Assembly: GCA_028534125.1 (NCBI GenBank)
Contig: CM052818.1
Location: 40,364,001-40,428,000 of the forward strand
Origin: Lama glama
Taxonomy: Eukaryota
Reading direction: 5' to 3'
DNA: 64,000 nucleotides
In this document: positions 12,915 to 24,560 of the stretch, piece after piece
Layout of the letters: every line of letters starts with the position of its first letter
Position numbering within the stretch: position 1 is the first letter of the stretch
Position numbers and translations under genes: made by a program
The notes under the pieces: generated by a model
Databases searched by the model: none
Seen by the model: only the letters and a program-made list of their open reading frames with translations
Told to the model about the DNA's origin: nothing

Positions 12915-13392
12915 TTTTAATTATTTCTTTAAATATAGTTGGTTTACAATGTTGTGTTCATGTCTCATGTACAGCATAGTGATTCAGTTATACACATACA
13001 CATATATTCCTTTTCATACTCTTTTTCATTATAGGCTATTACAAGGTACTGAATATAGTCCCCTGTGCCATACAGTAGGGCCTCACTGTTTATCTATTTT
13101 ACACACAGTCGTTTGTATCTGCTAATCCCGAACTCCCACTTTATCTCTCCACCCCTCTTCCTTTCCCCTCTGGTAACCACAAGTTTGTTTTCTACGTCCG
13201 TGAGTCTGTTTCTGTTTCGTAAGTAAGTTCATCTGTCTCCTTTTTTTTAGATTCCACTACAGAGCTGATAAACGAACTCAGCAAGGTAGCAGGATTCAAG
13301 ATTAATATACAAAAATCTGTTGCGTTTCTTTGCACTGACAATGAAATATCAGAGAAGGAAAGTATAGAAACTCTCTCTTTTAAAATCGCATC
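12915..13392 (-). mobile_element. 5'-inverted cetartiodactyl-type L1 (3'UTR on minus 12915-13257; ORF2 piece on plus 13258-13392)
   Basis: Plus piece translates ELINELSKVAGFKINIQKSVAFLCTDNEISEKE (ORF2p, just after the RT core); flanked by atggaacttcctct / gtggaactttttct. Confidence 0.85.
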
Positions 13393-13479
13393 GTGGAACT
13401 TTTTCTTCTCATCCAGCCTCAGCTGGAGGCTTCCTGGGACCTCTCTGCTCTAATTAGCACTTTGCATATCCATCACTCT

Positions 13480-13660
13480 CTATCTCATTTTCCTGTTTCA
13501 TTTTTAGAATATTTCTTCTAATCTAAAATTAATTAATTAATTTGTTGATAACCTGCCCCCCGCAACTACAATATACAATCCATGAAAATGGAAACCCAGT
13601 TTGTTTTATTCACCCCCGTGTCCCTAGCACTACATGTAGAAGGTGTTCAGTAAATACTTT
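13480..13660 (+). mobile_element. L2 3' end
   Basis: ccatgaaaatggaaacc...ttattcacccccgtgtccctagcact...gtgttcagtaaatact. Confidence 0.65.
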
Positions 13661-13732
13661 CAGATTGATTTCCCACATATACAACAGACTAAGGATTAAT
13701 TGGGATCCTGGTTGTATAAAGAACAGATACGT

Positions 13733-15085
13733 GCTACACAGCACAGTGATTCAATATTTCTATACATTTCAAAATGATCACCACAAGTCTAGTTACAATC
13801 TGTCACCAAATATATTACATAATTAATGACTGTAATCCCACACTGTACATTGCATACCCATGACTCATTTATTTTGCAACTGGACGTTTGTACCTCTTTC
13901 TGCCTCACTTATTTCTTTCCTCCCTCCACACCCCTCCCCTCTGGCAACACCTGTTTTTTCTCTGTATCTATGACTCCATTTCTGTTTTGTCATGTTTGTT
14001 CATTTGATTTGTTTTTTACATGCATAGATCTGTGCTTCCATCACCACAGTCAACATACAAAATACAAGGCGCCTTATTGTGTGCAAAAGCCAGGAGTGAC
14101 TATAAAGGAAAGCTATAGGCTGTCTTGGATGGTTCTTAAGACCATTTTAATTTGTTTTTTAGATTCCACATGTAAGTAAACTCACAACAGTGTTTGTCTT
14201 TCTCTGTCTGATTTATTTCACTTAGCATAAACCCTCTAGGTCCATCCATGATGTTGTAAATGACAAGATTTCATTATTTTTATGGCTAAGTAATATTCCA
14301 TTGTGTATATATACCACATCTTCTTTATCCATTCATCTGTTGATGGGCACTTAGATTTCTTCCATATCTTGACTATTATAAATAATGCTGCAATGAATAC
14401 AGGAATGCACATATATTTTCTATAGTGTTTTCATGTTCTCTGGATAAATACCCAGCAGTGAGATTGTTAGATTGTATAGTATTTCTATTTTTAACTTTTT
14501 GAAGACCCTTCATACTCTTCTCCACAGTGGCTGCACCAGTTTACATTCCCACCAATAGCGCACAAGGGTTCCCTTCCTCCACAGCCTCGCCAACACTTGT
14601 TATTTGTTGTCCTTTCGATAATAGCCATTCTGACAGCTGTGAAGTGATATCTCTAACATAGTGTTGTAGGTTAATTATGCTTCAAAGCAAATGAACAGAC
14701 AAACAAATTCATAGAAAAAGAAATCAGATTTGTGGTTACCAGAGGTAGAGGGTGGGAGTAAGGGGAATGGGATGACGGTATTCAGAAGGTACAAAGTTCC
14801 AGTTAAAGGATAAGTAAGTACTAGGGATGTGATGTCCAGCATGATAAATATAATTAACACTGCTGTATGTTACATATGAAAGTTGTTAAGAGAGCAAGTC
14901 CTAAGAGCTCCCATCACAAGGAAATTTTTTTCTATTTCTTTAATTAAATATCTATATGAGATAATGGATGTTCACTACATTTATCATGGTAATCATTTCA
15001 TGATGTTTGTAAGCGAAATCATTATGCTGTACACCTTAAACTTATACAATGCTACATGTCAATTATATATCAATAAAACTAGAAG
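13733..15085 (+). mobile_element. 5'-inverted L1MA9-like (laurasiatherian) L1: inverted part 13733-14653, sense 3' end 14654-15085
   Basis: Head-to-head L1 segments; aataaa near 15072; TSD aaagaacagatacgt (13718-13732) / aaagaatagattcat (15086-15100). Confidence 0.85.
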
Positions 15086-15099
15086 AAAGAATAGATTCA

Positions 15100-15950
15100 T
15101 AATGAAGAGACAAAAACCCACTTGAAAAATAGACCAGGGATGTGAACAAGCTTTTCCAAAAGTAGAACCCTGGAATGGAATGAACTTGAGAGCCCCATTC
15201 ATAAAATAAGAAGATACAAATCCATTTCCATTTGATGATCAAATATGAAATGATCTCACAATCAAATGTTACGGAAGACAGGGGTAAACAGAAACACTTA
15301 CATCCTGCTGGGGAAAAGGTAAAGAAGCATCGTCTTCTTTGGAAGGAAAATTGGCAATAAGTAATGAAGTTACAAATAAGCGTCCTCTCTGGCTCAGCAA
15401 TCCCACTTCCAGATGTATATTCTAGAGGAAGTCTCAAAGATGCACGAGAAAGCATGTCCAGGAAAATTCAGCAGCCTTGTTTCAAACAGTGAAAAAATTG
15501 GGAAACACTCAAATATCCAACTATAAATAAATACAATGTCCTATATATGTAAATTCTATTCATCTGGTAAAAAGAATGACCCAGATCTACATACACAAAT
15601 CTCAGGAACACATGTTATCTTTCACTTCTGGTTATGATGCAGTAGCTGTAGCAAACCACTGTTCTAGCTGAGACAGTAAGACAAGTAGACTAAGACAAAG
15701 GCAGCAGAGCGCTACCGTAGCAGCCAAGATTTACGGGGCTAAGTTGCATGCACAATTTTGGTGCTGCTTGGACCTGCTGCATCTGTCAGTTCTTGGTGCA
15801 GGGAGAGAGGCTGCAAAGCCTGGCAGAGGGTAGTTGCTAAGATGCCATATTTAGGGGCCAGAGAGATGAACATTGGAATTCAGAACTGCCAGGACTCAAG
15901 GGGCCACAATTCTAGAAAGACTAGGGACACAGGGAAATAGCACAGCACTC
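15100..15950 (+). mobile_element. Old L1M remnants (ORF2 3' part, then a 5'-end-like fragment)
   Basis: gaaaattggcaataa...cagcaatcccacttccagatgtatattctagagga; colinear with L1-like 13670-13720 across the younger insertion. Confidence 0.6.
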
Positions 15951-18759
15951 TACGGGCACTGGGCCATGAAGAAACTGACTACAGCACCGTCCTCGGAACC
16001 GAATGAAATGAACACGTCTAATATGATGCCTTCTCGACAGTGATTTTCCCTGAAAGAGACAATGGGTTGTGTCAAACATGCTAAGAACATAAGGATGGTG
16101 CATCTTTGGTAGATAACGTTGCTGAGTAAATCATGTATAAAATTGCCTGGAAGCAAAAGTTGTGGGTTTTAATTCTGATTCTAGTCTTTTCCCCCTACTC
16201 CCTTCTCTAAACTTCCACGTTATTTTTTATATTGTACAGTATAGTTAGAAAGTTGGATGAATTCAAACATAGTCCCAAACTGATCAAAATTCAAAATAAC
16301 ACAGATCTTCAAAATTTACAAAAATCGAGAGTTGCTTAGTGATCAATAGCGCTAAATTACTTGTAAACGCTGGTTTCACCACTGCTCCATGGCAGTGCTG
16401 TATTTGCCAGCTCTGTCCAGTCTGTTGTTTACCCAAAAAGGTGAGGAGGGGCACCCTTCCTGTTCTTTCTTTCATTACTTGGTGTTCTTATAATTTAAAC
16501 ACTTTCCCTCTATCTTATATCCATCCTATCCAAGGGTGCTTTGAGTAGCAAGGACAGTGCTTTTGCTGAGAAACATTCTTGAGAATAAAAACATTATGAA
16601 ATAGATTTAGATGTGATAAAATACTAAGATCACCAAATATCTGCCAAGATAACTCCAGCAGTTGATTTAGAATAAATTTAGGAAAACATCAGAATTAACC
16701 TTAAGAAAAAAAAAATTAACAAACTTCTCTAAGTTTCCTGAAAATAAAATCCATTTATTGTCTTAAAAGTAAATTCAAAGGCAAAAAAAAAAATAGGTTT
16801 TTTTATGGCATTGATAGATTTATAAGTCTCAAAAATACATCTTTTCTTCTTTTCCTCTTTACGCTTATAATAAAATAATTTGGGTTATTCAAATTTGTAA
16901 TTGTGGAAGCCTCCAGTAACAGATCACTTGCTTAGAAAGGAGTTGTTCTGTACTGACCTCCATGTTGGTTCTTGTAACTCAGGCCCACAGCTCTATGTTG
17001 GTGGCCTGTCTTCCTACCTGGGAAGTCATCCGGAGGGCAGCCATCCAGGATGCCCTGTCTATGCCCCTCCCTGCACAGGGTTCCCAGGGCCCAGGTTGTG
17101 CCCAGTCTGAGGAGGTTTCCTGGAACCCCTCTCCCTGGTCAGTCCTGGAGGGCTGTGTAGTGAGCGTGGCTCCCATACCTCCCCGAATCCTCACCCCGGG
17201 GCCTGGGGGACCAGCTTAAGATTGCAGGGCTTCTGATGAGGCAAATAAAACTGACTGGCTAAACCTTGAGAAGTTCAAGTTTAGGAACTCAATAAGGCGG
17301 TGAAAGCTCAGCGCAAAAGACGGCCGTGTTCCAAGACTTGATAATTTCAATATGTTTCTCAAACCTTGCAGATAAGTCCAGCCTCTAACCAGGCTCTCAC
17401 GATGACCTTGAGGAAGGGCAGCGTTCCCCTTGGAGATGCCTTTGCCCCGCGAATCGGCCCACAGCGCATGTGAAACCGTTTAGGTGAGGAGTCAGCGGGG
17501 CATCGATGCAGCTGGGAGTTGGAGGCTCAGCGTTTCCCCTCAGAGCCTGTTTAACAATTTCCTTCTTTTGGCCTTGATTTCCTCCTATGCAAAATGCAGG
17601 CTGCCCGAGATTATTTCTGAAACTCCAACTTTCTTTATGGGCATATGAAAATAAAAAGGAGATAAAAAGGAACTACCCCCCACCCCTCAAAAAAATTGGA
17701 CATAAATTTTACAGCACACCAAGCCCGCAATAAGCATTCCTTCTCCCAGGGCTGCTCCCTGCTACCTCGGGCTTGGAAATACTCAGAGATCTTCCCTGTG
17801 CTTTCAGTTTTATGATTTGAACTTGACGGAGTCCAGAGAAAAGGAAGAAAATGTCTCCCTCTTTTCAGGACCATCTCTCTGTCTCCACGTGCTCAGCTGT
17901 AAAACGAGCATAACAATCATTACCATAAGGAAATACTTATCTCCCGGGGATCTGGGCAAAGTTCATGAGATAATGGGTCCTGTGGCTGCCAGGAGGGGAG
18001 GGAGGGGAGCAGGGCCCCCACCCCCACCCTGAGGGGTAGTAACTCTTTCAGGATCAGAGGGAGTCGCTCCAGGGAACAAGATGGGAGCATCGGGGGTGTG
18101 GACTTGACCTCCGCTCGGCTTTTGCTGAGCCTTCAGAGTTTTGCCTCCCTGTCCTCCCTCCTCACCTGCTGGAAGATGCCAGAATCAGAGAACCCAGGCT
18201 GTCCTGCCTGGAAGGTCCCTCTCCCAGTGCTTCTGCCCTTGACACCTCTTTGGGATCATTGACCATGTTCTGGAAGACAGAATACATGGCATTCGTTCCC
18301 CCAGTAAAGCTGCTTGTGAGTTTGTATTAAAAGAGCCAACTTTCTTAAACTAGAACTGCATCTCTCTGCCCTCCAGCCCTTCCAGGGCACCCAGTCCAGC
18401 ACTGGGAGAGGCTTGTTTCATTTGCAAGTGTGGATACTGCCTTGTCTCTCACCCACAGAGAACTGGAATCCCTTTGGCCTGTGGCCACACAGATGTCCTC
18501 AAGGCCTCACCATCTCTGTACTTTATCAGCTCACACCTGAAACCCTGCCTTAGCCACTCACCAGGGCCCACCGATCCTCAGTGCTCGATCCCACCACGCG
18601 CCCTGCTAGCCCCAGACATCAGCGACCTGCAGCACCTGCCAATTCAGAGACTCAGCTCATCTGTACTTACGTTCTCCTGTGGGCACGTGCTGGGCTGGGT
18701 TTTCAGACCAGCAGTTTGCTTTTTCATCATAATGTCCTTTGGAGGGAGGTTGACTCACC

Positions 18760-18880
18760 TGTGATTGCTCCTGTTGTAAAAATTAGAAAATCGAGGTGCG
18801 GACAGTGATTTGCCCCAATTCAACACCATAAATGCTAAGACCAGAACTCCAATCCAGGACTCGTGAATCTAAGCCCAGGG
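18760..18880 (-). mobile_element. MIR SINE
   Basis: gaaaatcgaggtg...gtgatttgcccca...ccagaactccaatccaggactcgtgaatctaagcccagg. Confidence 0.55.
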
Positions 18881-19469
18881 CTCTGTGTCAGCTTAACGGC
18901 CTCCCTTTCTTCACGTTTTTCATCCTTTACGCAGCATCAGAGTCGTCTGTGGAAGATAGAAAAGATCACAGTTGCCCCCACCCACCCCAGGAGATCCTGA
19001 CTTGGCAGGTCTAGGGACCGGGGGTGTGTCTTCAAAATGGTGACACTGTGGTTCATCCTAAATGAGAAACCACTATCCCATCAAGTAAAGATCTAACTGT
19101 CTTTTCTAGCTCTACCTCCCATCTCATCCAAACACCAACCTGGGGTCGCAGTGTCCTGAATTTCCCTCAATCTAGCCGCCTCTGCTCCTTTGTTACTAGA
19201 AGGCCCTTCCTAGCCCTCTCTGCCTGCTCAAGAATCTCCCTCCCGGGCTCCAATCAATCCTGCTCCTTCTGTTAAGGCTGCGAGGAACATACAAGGCCAC
19301 GGAGATCAGCCCTGTGTGGAATCTTGAGCACACTTGCAGCCTGGAGCATTTATTTTGACGTTTATCACTTATTGCCGTATGTGGCTCCGGACATGTTTGA
19401 TAGACTACTCTTGTGGCCTCAGAGGGACGGCAAGAGGCACAGAGGAAACGTGTGTGATGAGATGCAAGG

Positions 19470-19690
19470 GATGGAGCATCTGATGTCAAGAGTCTGCAGG
19501 CTCAGCCCTGGGTCTCCCGACCACTGGCTACGGGGGCCTAAGCAAATCACTGTTTCCTTATTGTTGTTTTAGGTACATTTGGTTTGTTTTGTGTTTGAGC
19601 ATCAGCGATCATCATTATAAAAAAGGAAACATTACTCAACTATCTCAAGATTATGTCTCAAAAAGCACCCAGCATCATTACTGGCACCTA
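19470..19690 (+). mobile_element. Degenerate MIR SINE
   Basis: MIR-like 5' part and 3' end aaagcacccagcatcattactggcacctaa. Confidence 0.45.
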
Positions 19691-22600
19691 AAAGCCTGTC
19701 CATATTTTATAGGCCTCAATCTGAGGCTTAAATCCAGGCCTTCTGTCTAGTTTTGTTCTCATGATACCACACGAATGCTGAGAATTGGATTTTCAGAGGA
19801 AACCACAACTTGACATGTGACTTCTCGTGACGTTGAAATTCAGGAGAATCCCAGCTCTTCAAACACCTGTAAATAGAGGTTGAACAGAAGGGTGAACACG
19901 TAGAGCACAATTCTGAAGTTCCACGGGAGTCACCCAGAGAGGAAAATGGGAGGGCCGGAGGGTACCAGGTCAAGGGGTCAGAGGAGACGTCTGTGAAGAC
20001 GTTCACAGAAGATAGGCTATTTGGTTGTTGAGGTTTGAAAGCTATGACTCATAACTGCTCTTTTCCCCTCAGCATCAGAACCAATTCAAGCAAGAGAGAC
20101 AAATCAGAACAAAGGAGAGCACAGCCGCCCCCCACCCCCACCTCTTGCAGCGGAAAGCTTGGGGGACCCCAGAGAGGGCAGGCTGGGTCTGCAGACCGCC
20201 AGGCTTACCCTGCCAGCCGCAGGGGCCTCGCTGCTCCAGGCCGGTCCTGCCGCAGCGGAGGGACAGGCGCAGAGAGCAGGGTCTCCTGACTCTGCTGAGC
20301 CCTGGCCCAAGGGAACCAGCAGGAGCCCTACAAAGGGGGTGGGAGGGCGGGGCCGAGCCCAGCCTGCTTAGGTCCTGGTTCTGGTCACTCCTCTTCTTGG
20401 TGAAACGTAGGGAGAGAAGAGAGAAGCCTTTCTCCAACCTTGCCTCTCCCAGAGAGGGTAGTGACGCTTCACCTTGCCTCTCCCTCATTATGGAAATCCG
20501 AGGGGTGTATAAGCATTTCTCTCTATAAAGGTTCATGATTGTAACAGGCAGACATTCCAAAGGAAAAAAAAATGTTTCAAGCAGAAGGGATTGTCTGTCT
20601 CAAGGCTGGATGGGAGAAAATGTGGGACGTGTACGTGAAAGGGGGGTGCTCTGTGGTGCCTGAAGCTCGGGGTACTTATAAGGAAGTGGGGGAGGATAAG
20701 GCAAGAAAGATCTTGCCAGATTTGGAGAGCCTCGAATTCCAGGCTTAGGCATTTGACTTTGATCATTAGGCAGTGCAAATCCATGCCTCTTATTAGAAAC
20801 ATAACTTTAAGCATCTGCCTCCACCAGGGCCGGGAGCAGTGCGGGGAGCTGGCAGGAAGAGCTGGCTTGGCCACGCCCTCCACCTTACCTGCTTCTGAGT
20901 GATGCTAGCTGCCTCTCTCTGGGCTCCAGGATGAAACCATGTGGCACCTAAAATATAATGTAGGAAATCTGCAACTAAATATCATTGAGGGAGATACAGA
21001 AATGGAAGAAATGCAAACAATGAATGAGTGAGAGTGGGGCCCACTGCTGTGGTTTGGAGGAGGCAGAGCACAGAGAGAGGCCTGTGGAGGGTTTGGTCCC
21101 ATGGCTCATTACCCCACATCCAAGGATGTGGGCCAAGCTGCAGGTGAGCAAGGAGTGAGGGTCAGAGGTAACAGGCCAACCCGAGCAAGACACATTCATT
21201 CAAGTCAGAAATAGCTTTAGGAAAAAAAAACAAAAAAAGAAGTTGACCCCAGAAACAGGCATGTTATTCAGTTATAGAAAGAGCCAAGCCAATGATCCAA
21301 TGGAAGGGATGTAATGAACTCATACGAGGCTGTTTCCTCCAGTTTCTCCCCAAAGTCAATAGCGTTAACTCTTTATATTGATAGAGCACATTGCAATTTA
21401 CAAAGCCCTTTCACGTGACATTATCTCATGGGTCCTCACAAAGAGCCCTGCGAACCGAGGAGAGCCCCATTCCATGACCGGGTCTAAATTCAGGCCAGCT
21501 TTCCCTCTGGCTCCATCATAACCTCGTGGTTCTGTTGACGAGGCCTTTTCCTGAGGACCACAAGCAGGGATTGATCATTCGTGTATCAATCTGCCCTCCA
21601 GATCGAGGTCTGCAGTAGAGATGGCTGCTATGACCCTTCATTCTACATGGTACCCTCCATATGTCTGTACTATTTCCGAAGTGAGTTAACCTAATCCAAA
21701 GTGGGTAAGTAGAAGGGAAAATAGACCTGTATTTCTGAGCAAAGATAGGATATTAAAATCAGGCTCATCTAGGCAGATTGGGGACTTCCTATACTACCAA
21801 AATTTAAAAATTTTCCTCCTTTCTTGGTCTTTTAAGTAGCCCTAAGTATACACGAAAGTGAATGTAGAGATATAAATCAGTGGCCATTAAGTCAGAAGAT
21901 ATTTAAAGTAGTGTTTTGAAGAACTATAATTTGAACAGCAAAGACAGAGCATGTCTCTTCCAGTTTAACATGGTCCCCACCATTCCCTAATGCCCTATCC
22001 TAGACTCAGTTTTTTTTTTTTTTTTTGGCCTTGTCCCTTCTTGTTCACTCTTATTCACTCATTTGGTCAACAAATATTTACTGTGCACGTGCTCTGTCTG
22101 TGGCAGGAATTCCTTCATAATTATGTTTGCATTACCTGTCTGGACCCGCAGACATCTGAACAAGTAACCATCACCCTTCAGCAAGACCGAGGGGACTCAT
22201 GTTTGACTAATGTTTCTTTACTCATCTCAGTAGAACCATCATTCCCTGATGTTTGAGTCACTTTGAAGCTAGGTCATTATAACTAACATCCACCATAGTC
22301 CACAGAGACTTGCCTTTCGAAGACTCACTCCATTTCTCTCCACATCCCCATGGCTAGTGGCAAACGGCAGGCATTTCCTCTCCCCAGCATCTAACCAGGT
22401 GACTGAAGCCAGGAAACTTTCAAGGACTTGCCCAAGTCCCCAGAGGCAGCTGGGAGGCCCGCCTGGACAACTGGTCACCTTGACTCCAAGCTCAGAGCGA
22501 GCTCTCCCGTGGCTTTGGTTTCAGAGCCTGCCCGGGAGAACAAAAGAGATTTCGGTTGTCACAACCACACAGCCCCGAGCTGCAATCTTTTCGTACTTGG

Positions 22601-23380
22601 CCGGCTTTCCCTGTGTGCTGTTTCACATCAAGTACCTCCTCCCCGCTCCCTGCAGATGGTTGGTTGCAATTAAATATCCTGAAATTACATTGAAAGGGAG
22701 GAAAAGCTAATACAAAATTTTAATCAATATACAAGCTTAACAGTTTCCAGCCCTTGAAATGCGAAGCAGACCCTGGGCCCGTGGAGATGCCCCAACCTGT
22801 TCTCAGGTGTGAAGTTCACCAAGGAAGGGGCTGTCGCCTGACTAAGAGAATTACGAGTAAACCGGCACATTGCAAACGAGGGATTTCCAAACGCAGCTGG
22901 ACCTTCTCTCCCTTTCTACTGTGGGCCCGTGCCAGCCATCCCAGAACAAAACTGTCGCCGTGGACACTGGAGGAAAAGACCTGCCAGAGAAGTCTGGGTT
23001 TTCTTCCCCATCCCCACCCTGCTTTAGTCCATATGCATGCATCCAGGGCCTGAAGGTGACAGGAGAAGGAAAGGACCGGACAAAGGGCTTCCAGGCAGGC
23101 TGAAACTCCTGGTGAAACAAGAGCAGCCCGGCCCGAATGAGGTGGGTGTTGGGCGCCCTCTGGTGGACGAGGCCCCACCAGACAACCTGAAGGATTTCTC
23201 CTTGGGATTAACTCTATAAATAGACAGATGATTTATTAAACAGATTTGAGGCTCATTTGAGGCACCGGGCCATGATTGCTTCAGGGCTCAAATAAGGGAG
23301 TGCTTAGGACCCTGCCTCTTATGCAAGCACCTGGACTTACTTAGCGAGTCACTAGCATGATCTACATTACAAGTGCATCG

Positions 23381-23440
23381 GACTATTGGCTCAGCCGCTC
23401 CCAGCCAAGAGATGCCAAATTCCTCATATATAAAAGGAGC
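23381..23440 (+). promoter_or_regulatory. Candidate Pol II core promoter (inverted CCAAT box plus TATA box)
   Basis: ctattggctc (reverse complement gagccaatag) at 23383-23392; tatataaaag at 23427-23436; repeat-free context. Confidence 0.3.
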
Positions 23441-24375
23441 TTTAGTAACTCAAGCAAAATAAGCACACTTTTCCCCCCACCGCCTTCCCAGAGACTGAGG
23501 CGGCAGGGTTTCTGGGAGGATACACAATACCTTGTTACAAACCATGTAATGTTTTAAAAAGTATCTATCTGACAGCCTTGGCTAAAGCCAGATCTTCTAT
23601 CTCGATTACTTCAATATGTCACATCCCTATCGCACCACGGCGTCCAGGCTTTCAGAGCCAAGGCCTCTCTGTCTTGTCCAACCTCCCCATCTGGAAGCAA
23701 TGAGCTTAATATTCTGGCTCTCCCCCCATAAAAGCTATGTCACAAAAAAGTAGCAGCCTGTGAACTGCTTTATCCCCCCAAGACAGAGTGGAGCTCACTC
23801 TATTCGGTTACATTTAAAGACCGTCCCCAACCCCCTCCTCCCCCGTTGCCCTACAACCCCAAACGGGCTGTGATGCTCAGCGCAGTACCAGGAGGACAGG
23901 AGTGAATTGACGATCATTACACTTAATCTCACTTTTGACATTTTGAGGGATGCAGCTTAAAATATAGTGGCGGCTTAGGGATTCCCTCTGGACAAATGTG
24001 TTTGCTGGAGAAGCTGTATCCCTTTGCTGGCAGCCTACATTTTCTGGTGGCCCGATGGAGCCCCACCCTCAGAGTCTGCCTTGTGCCCCCTCTCCCACTC
24101 ACTGGGGCTTCTCCAGCGTCGCCTGAAGAGTTGTACAAGACTTTAGTGTTTGGTAGTTGACGGTGAGAATGATCTTCCTGATTATGTGCGTTCTACTCTT
24201 TCATTGATTCACTTCCGCCTTGAACTGTGTTGAACACATGGCCTGTGATTGAACACCTGGCATGCCCCTTTCTTTCATCTTGCTCTCTGCTATGTTGCAA
24301 AGTCAGATGGGGCCTTGGCCCCCGGGGAGACTGAGTGCGTGAAGGAGATGAACCCCCAATTCAGAACAGTTAGAA

Positions 24376-24560
24376 CAGCGTTCCTCAAAGCGCGGGCCGT
24401 GGGAGTCCTTGGGGTGCTTGTTTAGCACGCCTTCCCCTGGCCTCAGCCCCAGCCCAGACCTGCAGAATGAGAGCCCTTGGAAACAAGGAAGGCCCAAGAA
24501 TGTGCATGTTTACCCCAATCCCCAGGGAGCTTCCACACACGTGAAAATCAGGAGACTCAC
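24376..24560. mobile_element. MER5A/B-like hAT-Charlie MITE
   Basis: cagcgttcctcaaagcg...cccagacctgcagaatgaga...ggcccaagaatgtgcatgtttacc...gagactcact. Confidence 0.65.

Noticed and set aside
20035..20560. Stack of overlapping ORFs, or a CpG island
   Set aside because: High GC suppresses stop codons in all frames, and CpG density by rough count is well below the island threshold.
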